Assembly (NCBI GenBank): GCA_964187785.1
Contig: OZ076409.1
Coordinates: 10,480,001-10,544,000 of the forward strand
DNA from: Amphiscolops sp. MND2022
Taxonomy: Eukaryota
DNA length: 64,000 nucleotides
Direction: 5' to 3'
Of the stretch, positions 37,101-49,600 are shown in pieces (positions within the stretch are counted from its first letter, which is position 1; the number at the start of each line of letters is the position of its first letter). A program made the translations under genes and the position numbers. Under the pieces are notes generated by a model, which worked only from the letters and a program-made list of their open reading frames with translations, had not been told where the DNA came from and ran no database searches.

Positions 37101-39082
37101 ACGAACAATACTTCATCAGGCTTGAATCTGGTATATCCCATGCTTGGTCTGCTTTGAGCTTCAAAAATATATCTGTCAATACTGCATTATGTCGCTCACA
37201 AACACCATTTGACCATGGGCTCTCGGCAGCTGTCGTTTTTATACGGATTCCGTAATTCTCCGTCATTGATCGAAAATGCTGGTTGTCGAATTCACCTCCA
37301 TTATCTGTTATGGTACTTTGTGATACACCAAAATCGCATATCCATTCAGATATGAAAGATGCTGTTATTGTTCTCGGTGATTTGTCATATATAATAGCTG
37401 CACGACTGTATCGGGAAAATAAGTTTGATAAAATGAATGTAATATACGCTCAGTTTCAATTGATGAAGATCCATTGCAACAACCTCGTTAAACTCGGATG
37501 CTAGTGGCATCGATACTGCAGGTTTCGGTTTCGGACGTCCAAACTGCAAATTTCGCAATTATCCACGATTTCTTGAAAATCGTTACGTTTTGCTACGCCT
37601 CCGGCGTTTGTTATTAGTCTACATAAACGATCAACACCACAGTGTCCAAATTGTCGATGTAACTTATTCATCTCTGTCTTGTCCAATGCCTTCTTTGTAA
37701 ATAGAACGTTTGGTCGAATATTGTCGGTCGAACTAATGTCAATCCCAACATGTCCAGTGGACAATTTTACCAGTGAAACATATGAGCCATTTTTTAATTC
37801 CAAAGTGTCCGTAGAAAAATTGAGTTGAGTACTCATTAACGATAAAGATTTGATACTGATCAGCAATGGTATATTTACCGGTACTATCTCAACCGATATA
37901 AAACAGTTGAGATCTCCAATTTTGGCAGGTATCTTGACATTTCGTCTACTGAAAACTTCCTTGCCATCACCAAAAATGATAGATGTCTTGTCTGGTCTAC
38001 ATTCGTTAATTTCAAAACTCACTGACGATTTGAAAGCTTGGTACCATGGTTCTCCGGCGACCGTCATAGTACATCCGGTGTCGATAATTCCAATTTTCAT
38101 ACACTCCTTGGTTACCGACTCGGGTATCGTAGCGAATGTTAAATAACCACGCGGTTCTCCCTCTTCTTTTTTTGTTTTCTGGATTTTCGCGACAGTCACG
38201 CTTCTAATGATACCTTGATCCGCATATGGAACATCTTGTGATATACCCATTGTTGTTTAATGGGTTCATGCCAGTTTTTTGTCTTCCTCGATAATTTCCT
38301 CTCATATTTCCTCTTTTGACAAAGGGTCGTCCACGAGTCCCTCGTCCTCTACTACCCCAATAACAGTTTTCTTCGATTTCTTCATTTTCAATTTGGTGAG
38401 ACTCAGTAGTTGTCACGAATGCCGGTTCTGATTTAATTTTCGGTGCGTCTGGAACCTCGCTGACTGCGCTACTTCCAAATATCCTTCTCAATGCCGTCTT
38501 CATCGGTTCAAATTCCAATTTTGAAGTTGCAGAAAGCGCCATTTGTCGCTCTTTAACGTCGAGATTTGCGCAATATAATATCTTGCATGCCAATACTTCT
38601 GTCGGTGATTTTATCCCCAATGAGGTTAAATCGTCATTCTGTCGTTCAAACTCTTGCAAATATTCCACCATGCTTTTAGTGCCTCTGTTAATCGATTCAA
38701 ATTTCGAGTACGCCTCAAAAATTCTCTCAGTGTCGTCTTGTCCAAATGACAATTTCAATTTGTCTAGTAATGTTTTGAGGCCCTCATCTTTATTAAGATC
38801 TTCAGCTTTGATTTCAAGTGCAATCTCGCGTTTTCTTCCTCAGTGCGACTACTGGTTCGCGTTTCTTTTTATCCAGTTCTGTTATTAACGCCCATAATTC
38901 CATTTCAGACTTCCAATTTTCGAATGACTTCCCATCTTCCCATAGTGGTGGGGTTTTCAAACTGCTGCTTGACGCCATGTACCTCCTGCTACCATGAAAA
39001 CAAAAGATTGGTGTTCAAACATATATTAAAACTCCACCACAGACATATACAAAACTGAAATGAAACACAATGAAATGTCACA
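34149..39082 (-). mobile_element. Ty1/Copia retrotransposon (GalEa-like), complete but frameshifted, nested in B
   Basis: 88-bp LTRs at 38995-39082 and 34149-34236; TSD CTCAT; PBS TGGTAGCAG (initiator-Met-like). Order: gag (CSICGSRYH), PR (IIDTGC), IN (HRQFGH...CEIC, SPWSNGVCER), RT (KARLVARG, LDVKTAFL, VHVDD), RH (FSDASW, QLADCLTK). The clade call is from motif recall only. Confidence 0.95.
34709..38977 (-). pseudogene. Copia gag-pol polyprotein (fragmented)
   Basis: Track ORFs 38204..38758, 37501..38250, 37075..37266, 35844..37100, 35737..35979, 34920..35795 and 34709..34915 tile the canonical Copia domains. Confidence 0.92.
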
Positions 39083-41680
39083 CTCATGACTGATGCTAGC
39101 TTCACAGCGGCTGGCTATGCCATACTCACAGAGGACGACCCAAACCAAAAATAAATATTCATACGTCAAAAAATCATATGCTCCGATCGCATTTGGCTCA
39201 AAGACCTTTACGCCATAGGAACTCAAAATGTCAATATATGCCAAAGAATTCTTAGCGATCTATTATGCATTCAAAGAATTTGGACATAATTTTTGGGGAG
39301 CGCCCAAACCGATCACCATCCTTACTGACAACAAATCGGTTACGAGATTCTTTCAGACAAAGATATTCCTTCCGACACTCTGGAACGCATGTGACTATGT
39401 AATACAATTCAACTTTGTCATAGCACATATTACAGGGAAAAACAACACAGCAGCCGACTACTTATCTCGCATGGAAATGGACCCCAGAGAGTAACTAGTC
39501 CTAAAAATCCGCGAAGACATAGAAACTAAACCCATTGAGGTCAATGTCCAATCGGCAGGCGTGGCAGAAGAGGAACCATGTTTTCTTCACGGAACAAGAT
39601 GAAGAGACGGAAGCCCAAATTTGGGAACGTAAAAAGCAAAGCCGTAACAACCTGATCGACCACGAAGGCATAATCCAAATTGACGCAATATCTGAAAACA
39701 TAGTAGACGAACTCACAAACTTTACCCAAAAATTGCGCAAAACGAATCAGATTTTGCTCGAACAATCCAAAGACCCTATATTGCGCCAACTCAGAGCTAA
39801 AATTCAGAACAAAGATTATTCTGAAGAAATACTCCAGCAGGATATCCGATACAAACACTATCTTAACAATTTGGACCGACTAGTCCTCAAAGACTAGATA
39901 GTCACGCGACAGTACTATGACGAAACGGGGCAAGTCAAATATCACCAAAGACCCTTACCAAAACATTTACTGAGAGAGCTCTTACACGCACTGCATAAAA
40001 TTGCGCACAAACATCCGGGCATGTCCAAAATGCTACAAGAAATACGCCAGAAATACTACTACCCAGGCATAGCTAAACATGTCAAAAAATGGGTAGAGGG
40101 ATGTGAAATTTGTGCAAAAGACAAACGAGTTCCAAACAACTCAATAACCCTAGAATTACTTAACTTGCCTGAATGGGACCTTGGTCCTGAGGACGCAATG
40201 CAAATTGACTTGTTACCAAATCTGCCAACAAGTGGTGGCTACCAAACGATAATGACGGCAATAGACGTTTTCTTAAGATCTGTTCGCCTACCCGTTAGTT
40301 GAAGCTACCGCTTCAAATACAGCGAAGGTCTTGATCGATGTTATGACCAAACACGCTTATTTGCCAACTACACTTATCACGGATAAAGGAACCGCATTCA
40401 CATCCAAAATCATTGATGAAATAACCAAAATCCTCGGAATTACACTGAAATGCGCAACTACTAAACACCCGCAAACGATTGGCAAACTTGGAAGGACTCA
40501 CGCCTCACTCAAAAAAAATTTGAAAATGGTCTCAGGGGAATACCGCCGTCAATGGCATAAATACTTACCACTGGCTGTACTCAACTATAATACTACCTAC
40601 AATTCTAGTATAGGTTGCGAGCCAAGCAAGGTCTTCCATGGACGGAATCCCTATAACGTCCTAGATCACAAACTTGGGAATAATCCCAACAAGGACTTCT
40701 TGCCCACAACAGAATACGCGGAAGAACTACAACAGCGAACACAAATTCTGATTGACAAAACAAAACAAAACATTATGCAGTCATACTTGAAAAACAAAGA
40801 GTTTTATGACCGCAAAACCAAGGCGGCCCCTCTGAAAGAACAAGATTTCTGTTTTATCTTGCAGCCTAATGCAAATAATCTAGGATCGAAAATACCGTCT
40901 AGGGATTACCGCTGGATCGGTCCTGATCGAATTGAAAAAGTATTACCTAACGACAATTATCTTGTTCGTCGATTGAATACAAACAAAACGCAGATATTAC
41001 ACAGAATTCGTCTGAAAAATTCTGATCCTATACGCCTTTAGAGGACAAATATTCCAAAGAGAAATTGCAACCTGATGATGAAATAATCATTCCGCAAGAT
41101 GATTTATATACCATCTCATGGGAAGCTGATTTTGATTATCAAGTCTTCGAGCCGAGATAGGACGACATTCCGAACGAAGAATTACAACAAGCAGACACTA
41201 ATGCTAGCGGCTCAAACGATGATTACGTCATTTACGATAAAGCTAATGACGACGCGGTAAAGCCGAGAACGGCCACCAGCCGAGAAGGCATACTCGCACG
41301 AGACGCAAATGACGTCTCCGAAGTGAATGAACGCACCACTGCTGAGAATGAAACAAGACCGCGTACGACCGCTAGCCGAGAGGCACCAATACTGCATGAC
41401 GAAATTGACGTCAACGAGCACGCAGCAAAGGATGAACAACGCCGCGTCAAAAGGCCGAGTACGGCCACTAGCCGAAATAACCAAAATTTTGATGACACGC
41501 CCAACGATTGTACTGGAATTTTTCCTAACAGGGGGGAGGATAATTCCGTGCCCGGAATATCGGACAATGTAAATAATGCAGAAAATGAAAAAAAAATGAT
41601 ACATCTAGCCCTAGAGGAGGGAAATATAATCTTCGACCCAACCCCAACCCCAACTTTACTGATGAATGCAGATATTAGTC
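39083..41680 (+). pseudogene. pol: pol of element B, 3' part (RNase H, integrase with GPY/F region, acidic tail)
   Basis: LMTDASF is restored across the Copia TSD; LTDNKS; AADYLSR; HKHPG...CEIC; TDKGTAF; WIGPDRIEK. Confidence 0.92.
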
Positions 41681-41958
41681 AGAAATGTTAAATTATGTCC
41701 CTACTCATTGTATTGCCCAAGAAGGCATGTTTTTTACTGGGACTACTCCGACTTCAATGACTTAAAAGATACTAACTATATAAATACTGAAACAAGAAAC
41801 AGAACTGAATGTTACAAATTGAAAAGTCTAGAATGGCAAATGTACATTATGTACATTTAGTCTTTAGAACTCCCTTCTCGCAATTCTTGGACAGTTTTTG
41901 AAATCTCGCTGTGAGGAATATCGCCGAAAAATGCTAATTTTTGCGCCTTTCCAGCAGC

Positions 41959-44900
41959 CTAATTGAGTTTTTTCCCAACAGAAGTTGATACCGAGGAAGC
42001 TCGTGATGAAGTGGAAACACCCACAAGAGGGACTCCCTTGAAACTTATGAAAGAATCAGTCAATGTTTTCAAAAGGGAAGCACGCCCAAAGACGTCCACG
42101 TGAGACCACGGGTCTCCAGATAACTGCCCCGAAGTGAATTGCAAGTCCAATTTTTTGTACTTGGCTAAAGCAGATTCAGAAGTACAAACAGCAATGGCAT
42201 CATGACAGTAGGCCAAGTAAGACTGTGCGGGCAGTACAACACTTGACAGACGACAATGATAGCCTGAGGTATCCACATCCTGGATATTAATTGCTGGAAG
42301 ATCTTGATGGCTCTCGGTTATACAGAGACAGCATAAACGGTATAAATGAAACAAATTAGTACAACTCCGGAGGGCTGGCATAGGAGTGAGAAGTTGGAGA
42401 ACATCGTGAATGGTAGCAGGAGCATCTTTAATACCTGAATAGAATTTCCGGAAATGATCGACGAACTCAATGTACTCGTTTCTATATTTCTGCATCGCAC
42501 TTTCTGCTACCCACCCTCGGAGTCGGAAACTGTTGAAAAGTGCATTGAAACAAAACGTAACTTGGTCCAGAGGTAAAGAAAGTACCAAGTGTGGATCGAA
42601 GCAACCCATTCCATTAAAGATATCAGCCGTAAAATGGATATCACGCAGCATGGTTTCCAATAAGGACACGACGTAAGTGCGGGCCTTCACCAAGAATCCT
42701 TCCTTCTCGGTTGCAACAAGCTCTGCCAAGTTGGGGGGTCCGGTTTTCCTATCAGAATATGATCGGCGGACCTTGGAACGGCAAACTGCTTCAAGATCAG
42801 TGTCAAATTTGAGCCGGCTACCAAAATCCCGAGTGGACAACAGCCTGAGGTCGTCTGGACAGAGGTGAAGCAGCCCGGTCCAATTAGTGTCCTCGGGAGT
42901 ACATTTAGGCAAGACGGCGCGAGACCACAATTTTCTTACGAAACGACAGTACTGCCCAAAGATGAAAAGGGTAGAATCCCGTCCGTTGGACAGACTGCGG
43001 TCGAAGCACTTTAGATCTAAACATCCCAACCAATCAGTGAGATTTGGGATGAGGATGCAATACCTTGTGACAACGTAGGCTGCCCTAGTTACAAATCTGA
43101 AGAACGTCTTTAAAAATAGGGTCAAAAGACAAGAAAAGGTAAAAGAAGACGACTCACAATCTCGGACCAGTATGGACAAGAACTCAAGTTTGGCGGTAAA
43201 CAGATCGTCCATTATGATGGCCCACTCCAGACTCTGGGGCTAAAAAGAATTGATAAATTCATGATGAGGACCGATAATGAAGTCGGGTTACCCGAAAGAG
43301 ACAGTGGGACATCATCGACTTATCAAGTAAAACCCTAGGTGGAAATCAGAGCAAATTACCTTATTCTAAACTCCCTGCATCAGCTGAGTGGGAGCTATCT
43401 TAGTCATATACTCCCTGATGGACGGCCAGTACTTGACAAGGTCTGAGCACAAAGAGGGGATTCTCTTGAAAATCAGGTTGCATCTGGTTACTGCCTACAA
43501 CAAAAGAGACTCAATTAACTTGGGACTTTGGGCCGTCGTAACGTGGGATCCTGAGAGATTTATGTACTAGATGCAATGAACCCAGGAATAGAAACCAGCA
43601 GAATTAAACCTTCTTGAGTTCTGGACACTGAAGGGCCCATGGTTGATCAGTACAACCGTTCAGGAAGGCAACCAGGAAGGTGAGTTGGGCGAAGATGTCT
43701 ACTGGCCCAAAGACGTAGCAAGACTCCAGGACGCTAGGGTGCATGAGCTTGCGTAAGGAAAAGACATCAAATCTGAATGGGTACTGGATTCCGTAGTCAA
43801 ATAAGCCAGATGACTCTAAAGCTTAGAATAACATCGACGTGCAACCAGAGATGCTGACCAAATTGGGCTTTAAAGATATAAAGGAGAGGAGAGATGAAAT
43901 CGCACCCAGATAACTAACAGGGGTGGATTCAAGCAAGTCGTGGCGGTGAAGCTCGACTCGGACGAGAGAGTCTCCTTTCCAAAATCTAATGGACATGCAG
44001 CGAGATCTACCTTGGGTGGTGAACTCGATAGAATACATGTTGGTCGTACAGACGTGTTGGGCAATGTCCTCGAGTCCACGTGTGAAGACGTGATGGAAGA
44101 TTTTCTGAAACGAAACAAAGCACTTGCATACACTTGAAACATGGAATTACTACCGCCAAGGGAGGGACATAGGGAAGAAGACCATGTTGGAGAATACCTT
44201 ACGGTAAGACTAGCTGAGCTCCAATCGAACGATGAGAAGAGGGCTTGGTGGTTCGTGAATGAGCCAACTCTGGTCCACAAACTCTGAAGTAAAGCCAAAT
44301 TTCCATCGTGTGGCACAAATGACCCAATGAGAGAGATCAAGGTCGTGAGCCTCAAGTCGTCCGGGTTAGTGATCCCACCCAAGCTGGCAAGATACTCTTC
44401 GTAAAAGGGAAAGTGATCTCCAGCATCAACTAATGGAACATCAACGAAATGCGGTTTTTCTCTCTCTAACTCCAACGGCGTAAGGACGTAGGCGTCCTTT
44501 CCTCTAACTTGGTGCGTGACTACTCCTGTGGTTGAATCAGTTTCTTGCAGGTGCACGAACCTCCACTTCTGGTCTCTCCGAAAATGACCCTCAGTTCTAT
44601 AATGTCTCAGGATCTCACGGGCTCCTTTGGAGTAAATAGACACATTTGTCTTACCGAGCATGCAGTAAAACTTGTATTTATTATGGATGGGGTCGAGCGT
44701 TCCAGTAACAAAGGTTCTTGTCCATTGGATACCTTTGAAGAAGGCATCCTTCATTACCTTCCCAGGCTAACTCATGAGCTTCCGGCGTTTACGTGGGGGA
44801 CTGGCCTTGTTGTCGACGGATCTCCTTCCGTGTCTGAGGACGGACAATGGCTGATAGTCAGTGGGGCTGTATCCACTTCTTGATGCGGGGGTATGGCTCC

Positions 44901-45930
44901 CAGATTGGTCCAAAGCTCCAGAGTGTCCAACTGCTGTTCCCACTGTGAAAAGGGGATCAGCCTCATTTGCAGTTTCAGTTTCCGATATCGAGCCAAGGGT
45001 ATAAGGATCCTCGTCTGAATTGACGGCTCCGCTGGTATACCCGTCGGTAGTATTCCCACTCGGGTTGGTCTCATCCCCTGAACTCTCAACGAAACCTCTG
45101 GCATGGGTGGAACATCGCCGTGGGAGGCCTTTGCGCTTGTCCCTTGAGACCCCTAGTGTAGCATGAAGTAGAAGAGACTTCATCATATGGTAAGAAGACA
45201 AATCTGATTCATCAGCTATCGTCTTGAGAATAGCGTGCATTTCATCGGCATTGAGAGCTATAGTTGGATGACCAACTGGTAGATTGATGGGTCGAACTTC
45301 TTGAAAATACTTCTTTATGGTAGCTTTCCCTTTCCCAGATAATTGCCTATCTTCGGCCAAAAGCTTTGCCCGGTATTGAGCTTGCTCTGCGTCACTTTGA
45401 CCAGACTCACTGTGAAAGTCACCTTCGAAATCTGGAAATGCTTTGGGTTCAATGGTCAAGCTGGCCGGGAAGGCGGGGAAAGCTTCAACTCCGGAACTGT
45501 CAAACAGCTCTTCGACGTCACTCGTGTCAGCATACAAGGATTTTGACTTGTTTTCCTCAACTGGTCCAGCTCGGGCGGACGTCTCAGGTTGGTCTTCTTG
45601 GGGATCCTGGAGGACAGCTATGGGCTCAGAGATGGATACTTTGTGGAAGGTCAAATCCGTTGTTCGCGCAACAGCAACTGATTCTAATGTAGGCTGAAAG
45701 GTCTTAATTGTCTCAGTCTCGAGAAGCGCCAAAGAAGTTGCAGTTTTTTCAATGAAGGCAGAAACGCTTTCGTCTGTAGATCTGCTACGGTGAGAATCAT
45801 CAGGCGAAGGCCGGTTACGGTCAGTTGACACAACTACAGACTCAGTCGCTTCGTTCTCTCTCTCTCTGGATTATCTCTCCTCTGGGGCTTGAGGTAAAGT
45901 GGGTTCTGGCAACTCCTTCTGACTTGACAT
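41959..45930 (-). pseudogene. Antisense spliced BED-finger/hAT-transposase-like cargo gene of element B (about 1165 codons, four nonsense codons)
   Basis: Predicted exons 45930-44203, 44104-43610, 43494-43360, 43239-43158 and 43016-41959, all with GT/AG ends and consistent phase. Basic patch PPRKRRK; BED-like W...FYCML(G)K...RHYRTEGH. Candidate 5'UTR intron at about 46128-45933. Confidence 0.8.
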
Positions 45931-47111
45931 GTCTAAACAGAAAGGAATGAATTTTTGCGGTGACCTTCCTGGCAACGAATCTTAGAATAACCGCTGTTAA
46001 AATCTTCCGGAAGTGAAATATGAACACGAAGTGTTAAAAATCTACAAAGGAAACAGGAAGTTAGTGAACGAGAAGGAGAGCCTTGATCAAGCTCGTTTCC
46101 GTTCAAAATAAAAGACCAGATAGCTTACCTACGAAAACCTGGTGATAGTAGTCAAAGAGTTGAAGGGAATCGTGATCAACTACTTTCGGCCAGTCGCACT
46201 GCTGGTGTGAATCGTGGAGACGAGAAGGACTCTTTCCAGAAGAGTCCTACTGAACAAGAGAAGGAGGATTCCAGGCAGAGCAGAAGATTGGGACCAATCC
46301 GGCGTCAGGCCAACAGCCGAAGAAGAGGGATGAATAGAGATAAAGATTCACTAATGGGTTATGAGGAGACGAAAGGGAATGTAAACAAAGTGCTATACAA
46401 GACAGACAATGGATAAATACGAATGAAAATAATGTAACAATTAATGAATTGAAAGAAGATGAAAGTGATTGCAAGAGCAAAGTTGGAGTTCGTGGCAAAC
46501 TGGATTTGATGTCAAATGTTTTTACAATTATGAGGATTATTTTGTGGATGGGATCTGCCAGAGAAATCAACAAAAAAATTTTTCAAAACTTTTGTATTAC
46601 CATGGATTTATTATTTTATACAATTATTATTTTATCTCATTTATTTCCTTGTTTGGATTATTATTATTAATTCCGCCATTTTGAAATGCAGACTCTGAAG
46701 GCGATTCCTATTGGCTATCGCGATGACTCACCGCGCGTGGCCTTAGAACCTGATTACCCTCTCTTGAAATTCTCAAGTGGATATCAAGAGCAGATAAACA
46801 CTCAATGATGTCATTGATGGCTCTTTGCCGCATCAGGCAACCGACTGAAGTGATGATGTAAGCAAGGCGGTTTATTGGAACCATCAAAGAATGTTTAGGA
46901 GAATTTATCAGTGAAACGTTTGCCGGGAGAGACAAAACCCCGGGAAGGAATCACGAGACTTGAAAATATTTCAGTCGAACTCAGTAAAGAGAAGTCATCA
47001 TTCTCTCTGCTGAAGCTTCCAAAAAACGGTCGACTTGCAAAGCTTGAAAATTCCTAAAGCTCTCTCTAATTACTTATAAAAACTGCTAAGAAAGTCATAA
47101 AAGCAAAATTC

Positions 47112-47947
47112 ATGGCCGCCCTATACCCTGAAGACTTCCAAGGCGCAGCGCCCGCTGGTGTAGACATAATCTGCCTATCTAGTGACGAAGAGGAGGAAAT
47201 GTATGACCTGAGCATGATTTCGGTGCTAGACCTTCAATTGTCATCGGAAGACGAGGAAATAGACGACGAAATCATGATGATGCCCCAATGCGTCGAGATG
47301 CAATTATCATCGCCCATCCCAGTACCTGGTCCTCCCTCAACACTGAAAATTAGAAATGAAGCCCCCCAATACAGCTTACCAAGGTACGGGACCTCCGGGA
47401 CGAGCTTTACAGCGAGGCCTACCCTTGACCAATCCTTTTCTCATTGGGGAGAGGAAATGGCCCAATACGGCGAGACGACCGAGTGCGCAACAATCATCCT
47501 ATCAAACTGTGTAGGGAAGTCATTCCCATGGTGGATACTCCTATGTCGCCCCCACCTGAAGAGCAAGGACCAACTCACGAGTTTTACTCAGTGGACGGTC
47601 AAGGCGGAACTTCCCAACAGTCCTTGGACTCGATTACAAACCATTTTCAAGGAATGGGAATTGAGACGAACAATCCAATGGCAAATTACTCAGACTGTGT
47701 GATATGTGGGAAGACGACCTTACAAATCCAGAGTGAAGCAGTCACAGATTATTTGCGCAAGACGGCCATTTTGGGAGAATCGGCAGATCACCTAGAAGCG
47801 CGCAAAAGAGTTTTAATGGAAGCAATGCAGGTGGGCACTTTCCTATTACTACCACGGGGAGTGTGGCAGGCTGCCGTCTGCGATGGCAACGTCTATACAA
47901 TTGACCATTCGAGGCCAATTGCCCTACCTGGGACACTCCCATTATAA
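47112..47947 (+). pseudogene. Extra sense ORF of element B (one apparent frameshift), overlapping the 3' LTR
   Basis: 47112..47702 and 47444..47947 overlap in different frames; DIICLSSDEEEE acidic motif; CVICG; the last about 28 codons lie in the LTR. Confidence 0.6.
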
Positions 47948-49600
47948 ATCTAAAACTTTCAAACATTTAGTATTATTTTGAATGTGTAATGTTGATTGAT
48001 GGATTGTTTTATTAATCTTTATGTAAAATACATTTGACAGCAAGCTATTCTGACAGGCAGAAAGGAAACGTGTTCAAATGTTTGCCTGTCCAGTATAGCT
48101 AGCTAAGCCGTCCATAGTCAATTGGCCAATCAGAGTGCAGTTTATAACAGCCATCTTATTACTTATTTCGTAACTGCGCTAGTAGCTATTTAGAATAGAC
48201 CAATACGGCCAATTAACTTTGCCGGCCTTATTATGCTTTGATGCTATACTTGAATAATATTCAGTAATTACAAATAGGCCGAAAGCGGCTATGTGACATA
48301 GATGTCCCTACTCACTGTACTAATTGTCTTGTTGCTATACAGTAAATAAGGCCTATCACGTTCGATTGACGCTATAAGCATTCAAATGCTGTATACACAT
48401 TATATGAAATTGGTGTCTCAATTAATTACTGATTGAAAGACACAAGTAACCCCCCCATGCAATGACCAAACATGTATATTGCTAACATGTAGTGTTGCTT
48501 TCCGTTTTATGATTGGGATTGAATTAGAAAACCCTAACGGGCAATAGCCGTATAGGGCCTTCATGTACATGTTCAAATGTAATGTTGCTCTGCGCTGTTA
48601 AAAAGAACTATAGGTCCTTTTCAGCTACTCATCAGTTGTGTTATACATGAATTCTATCTACATGTAAAAGTGTTTGCATATAGTATGTTGTATATGAATA
48701 TCATTACCTATTCGTCACATGGCCTAATAGGGCACTTTGGTCTACCCGCCTTTATATGACCTTTGTGACGTAACGATGCTATTTTTAGCAGTGACGTGTT
48801 ATATTTATAACTTGTAAGTTATTTTTAGTAACATGACAGTTAAAATTATGAGTGTCATGGTAACTTGGATATAAATACGCCCAGCTTGACCCTGACACAA
48901 CAATTGTCTTAATAATACGGTTATTGTTCAGTTGCTCTTATACATATTGTACAAGATTCACTGTGAAGCCTAGTTAATATTGTCCACAGGAACAATTCAA
49001 ATATTTACTCCTGGATAATCATCTTCAATGCCCTCTACAAGGAAACAAAAGTCAAAAGCCAGGAAATTGAGAGAATTAGATATGTTGTCCGACTACTGCA
49101 ACATGGACGTAATGTTTGGTGAAGGAATTTCAAACCCAATAGAGAGAGAACTAGATAGCCTAATTAATGTCCCAGAAAGGCAGCAAGGATTTCAATCCTT
49201 TCCTAACAGAGAAAATTCATCTAAAGAGAATGAGATCAGAGACATCGATAGTAGAAATGAGCCTGTTAGAGAAAGCAGGCTAGTAGAGTCATATAACATG
49301 TTGTCTGGAGAAATGAATGCTAGGATGTCACGTGAGATGAAAGCCATGAGATGGCGTTGATGGACCTAATGCAATCACAGATTAGCAGGGCCATTAGTTC
49401 TGCCATAAGTGAGAGAATTATCCCAGAAATACACAACATGGTGGAAAACTTGCCTTTGAGTCAACATGGCGTTGAGCCGTGTACGTCCACAAATGAGGAC
49501 GGAATTGGGAATGTATGGAAGAACGCAAATACGAAATTTACAAAGAAGGACTCAAGGTCCGCTCGTGATCTGAGGGATCATATGGACAACACTCCTTACA
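47862..49600 (+). repeat. 3' LTR of element B (1739 bp)
   Basis: Short purine run GGGGAG, then TGTGGCAGG...CTCCTTACA followed by the TSD. Confidence 0.95.

Larger units (their letters stand above)
28650..49600 (+). mobile_element. Ty3/Gypsy LTR retrotransposon B, full length (about 16 kb without the nested Copia)
   Basis: LTRs 28650-30376 and 47862-49600 (TG...CA); perfect TSD GCTGA at 28645-28649 and 49601-49605; PBS, gag, pol. Confidence 0.97.

Noticed and set aside
41900..46200. Independent nested hAT DNA transposon
   Set aside because: No TIRs or 8-bp TSD found by eye; same position, orientation and introns in two diverged Gypsy families.
47112..47947. env gene
   Set aside because: No signal peptide, furin-fusion peptide pattern or TM anchor.
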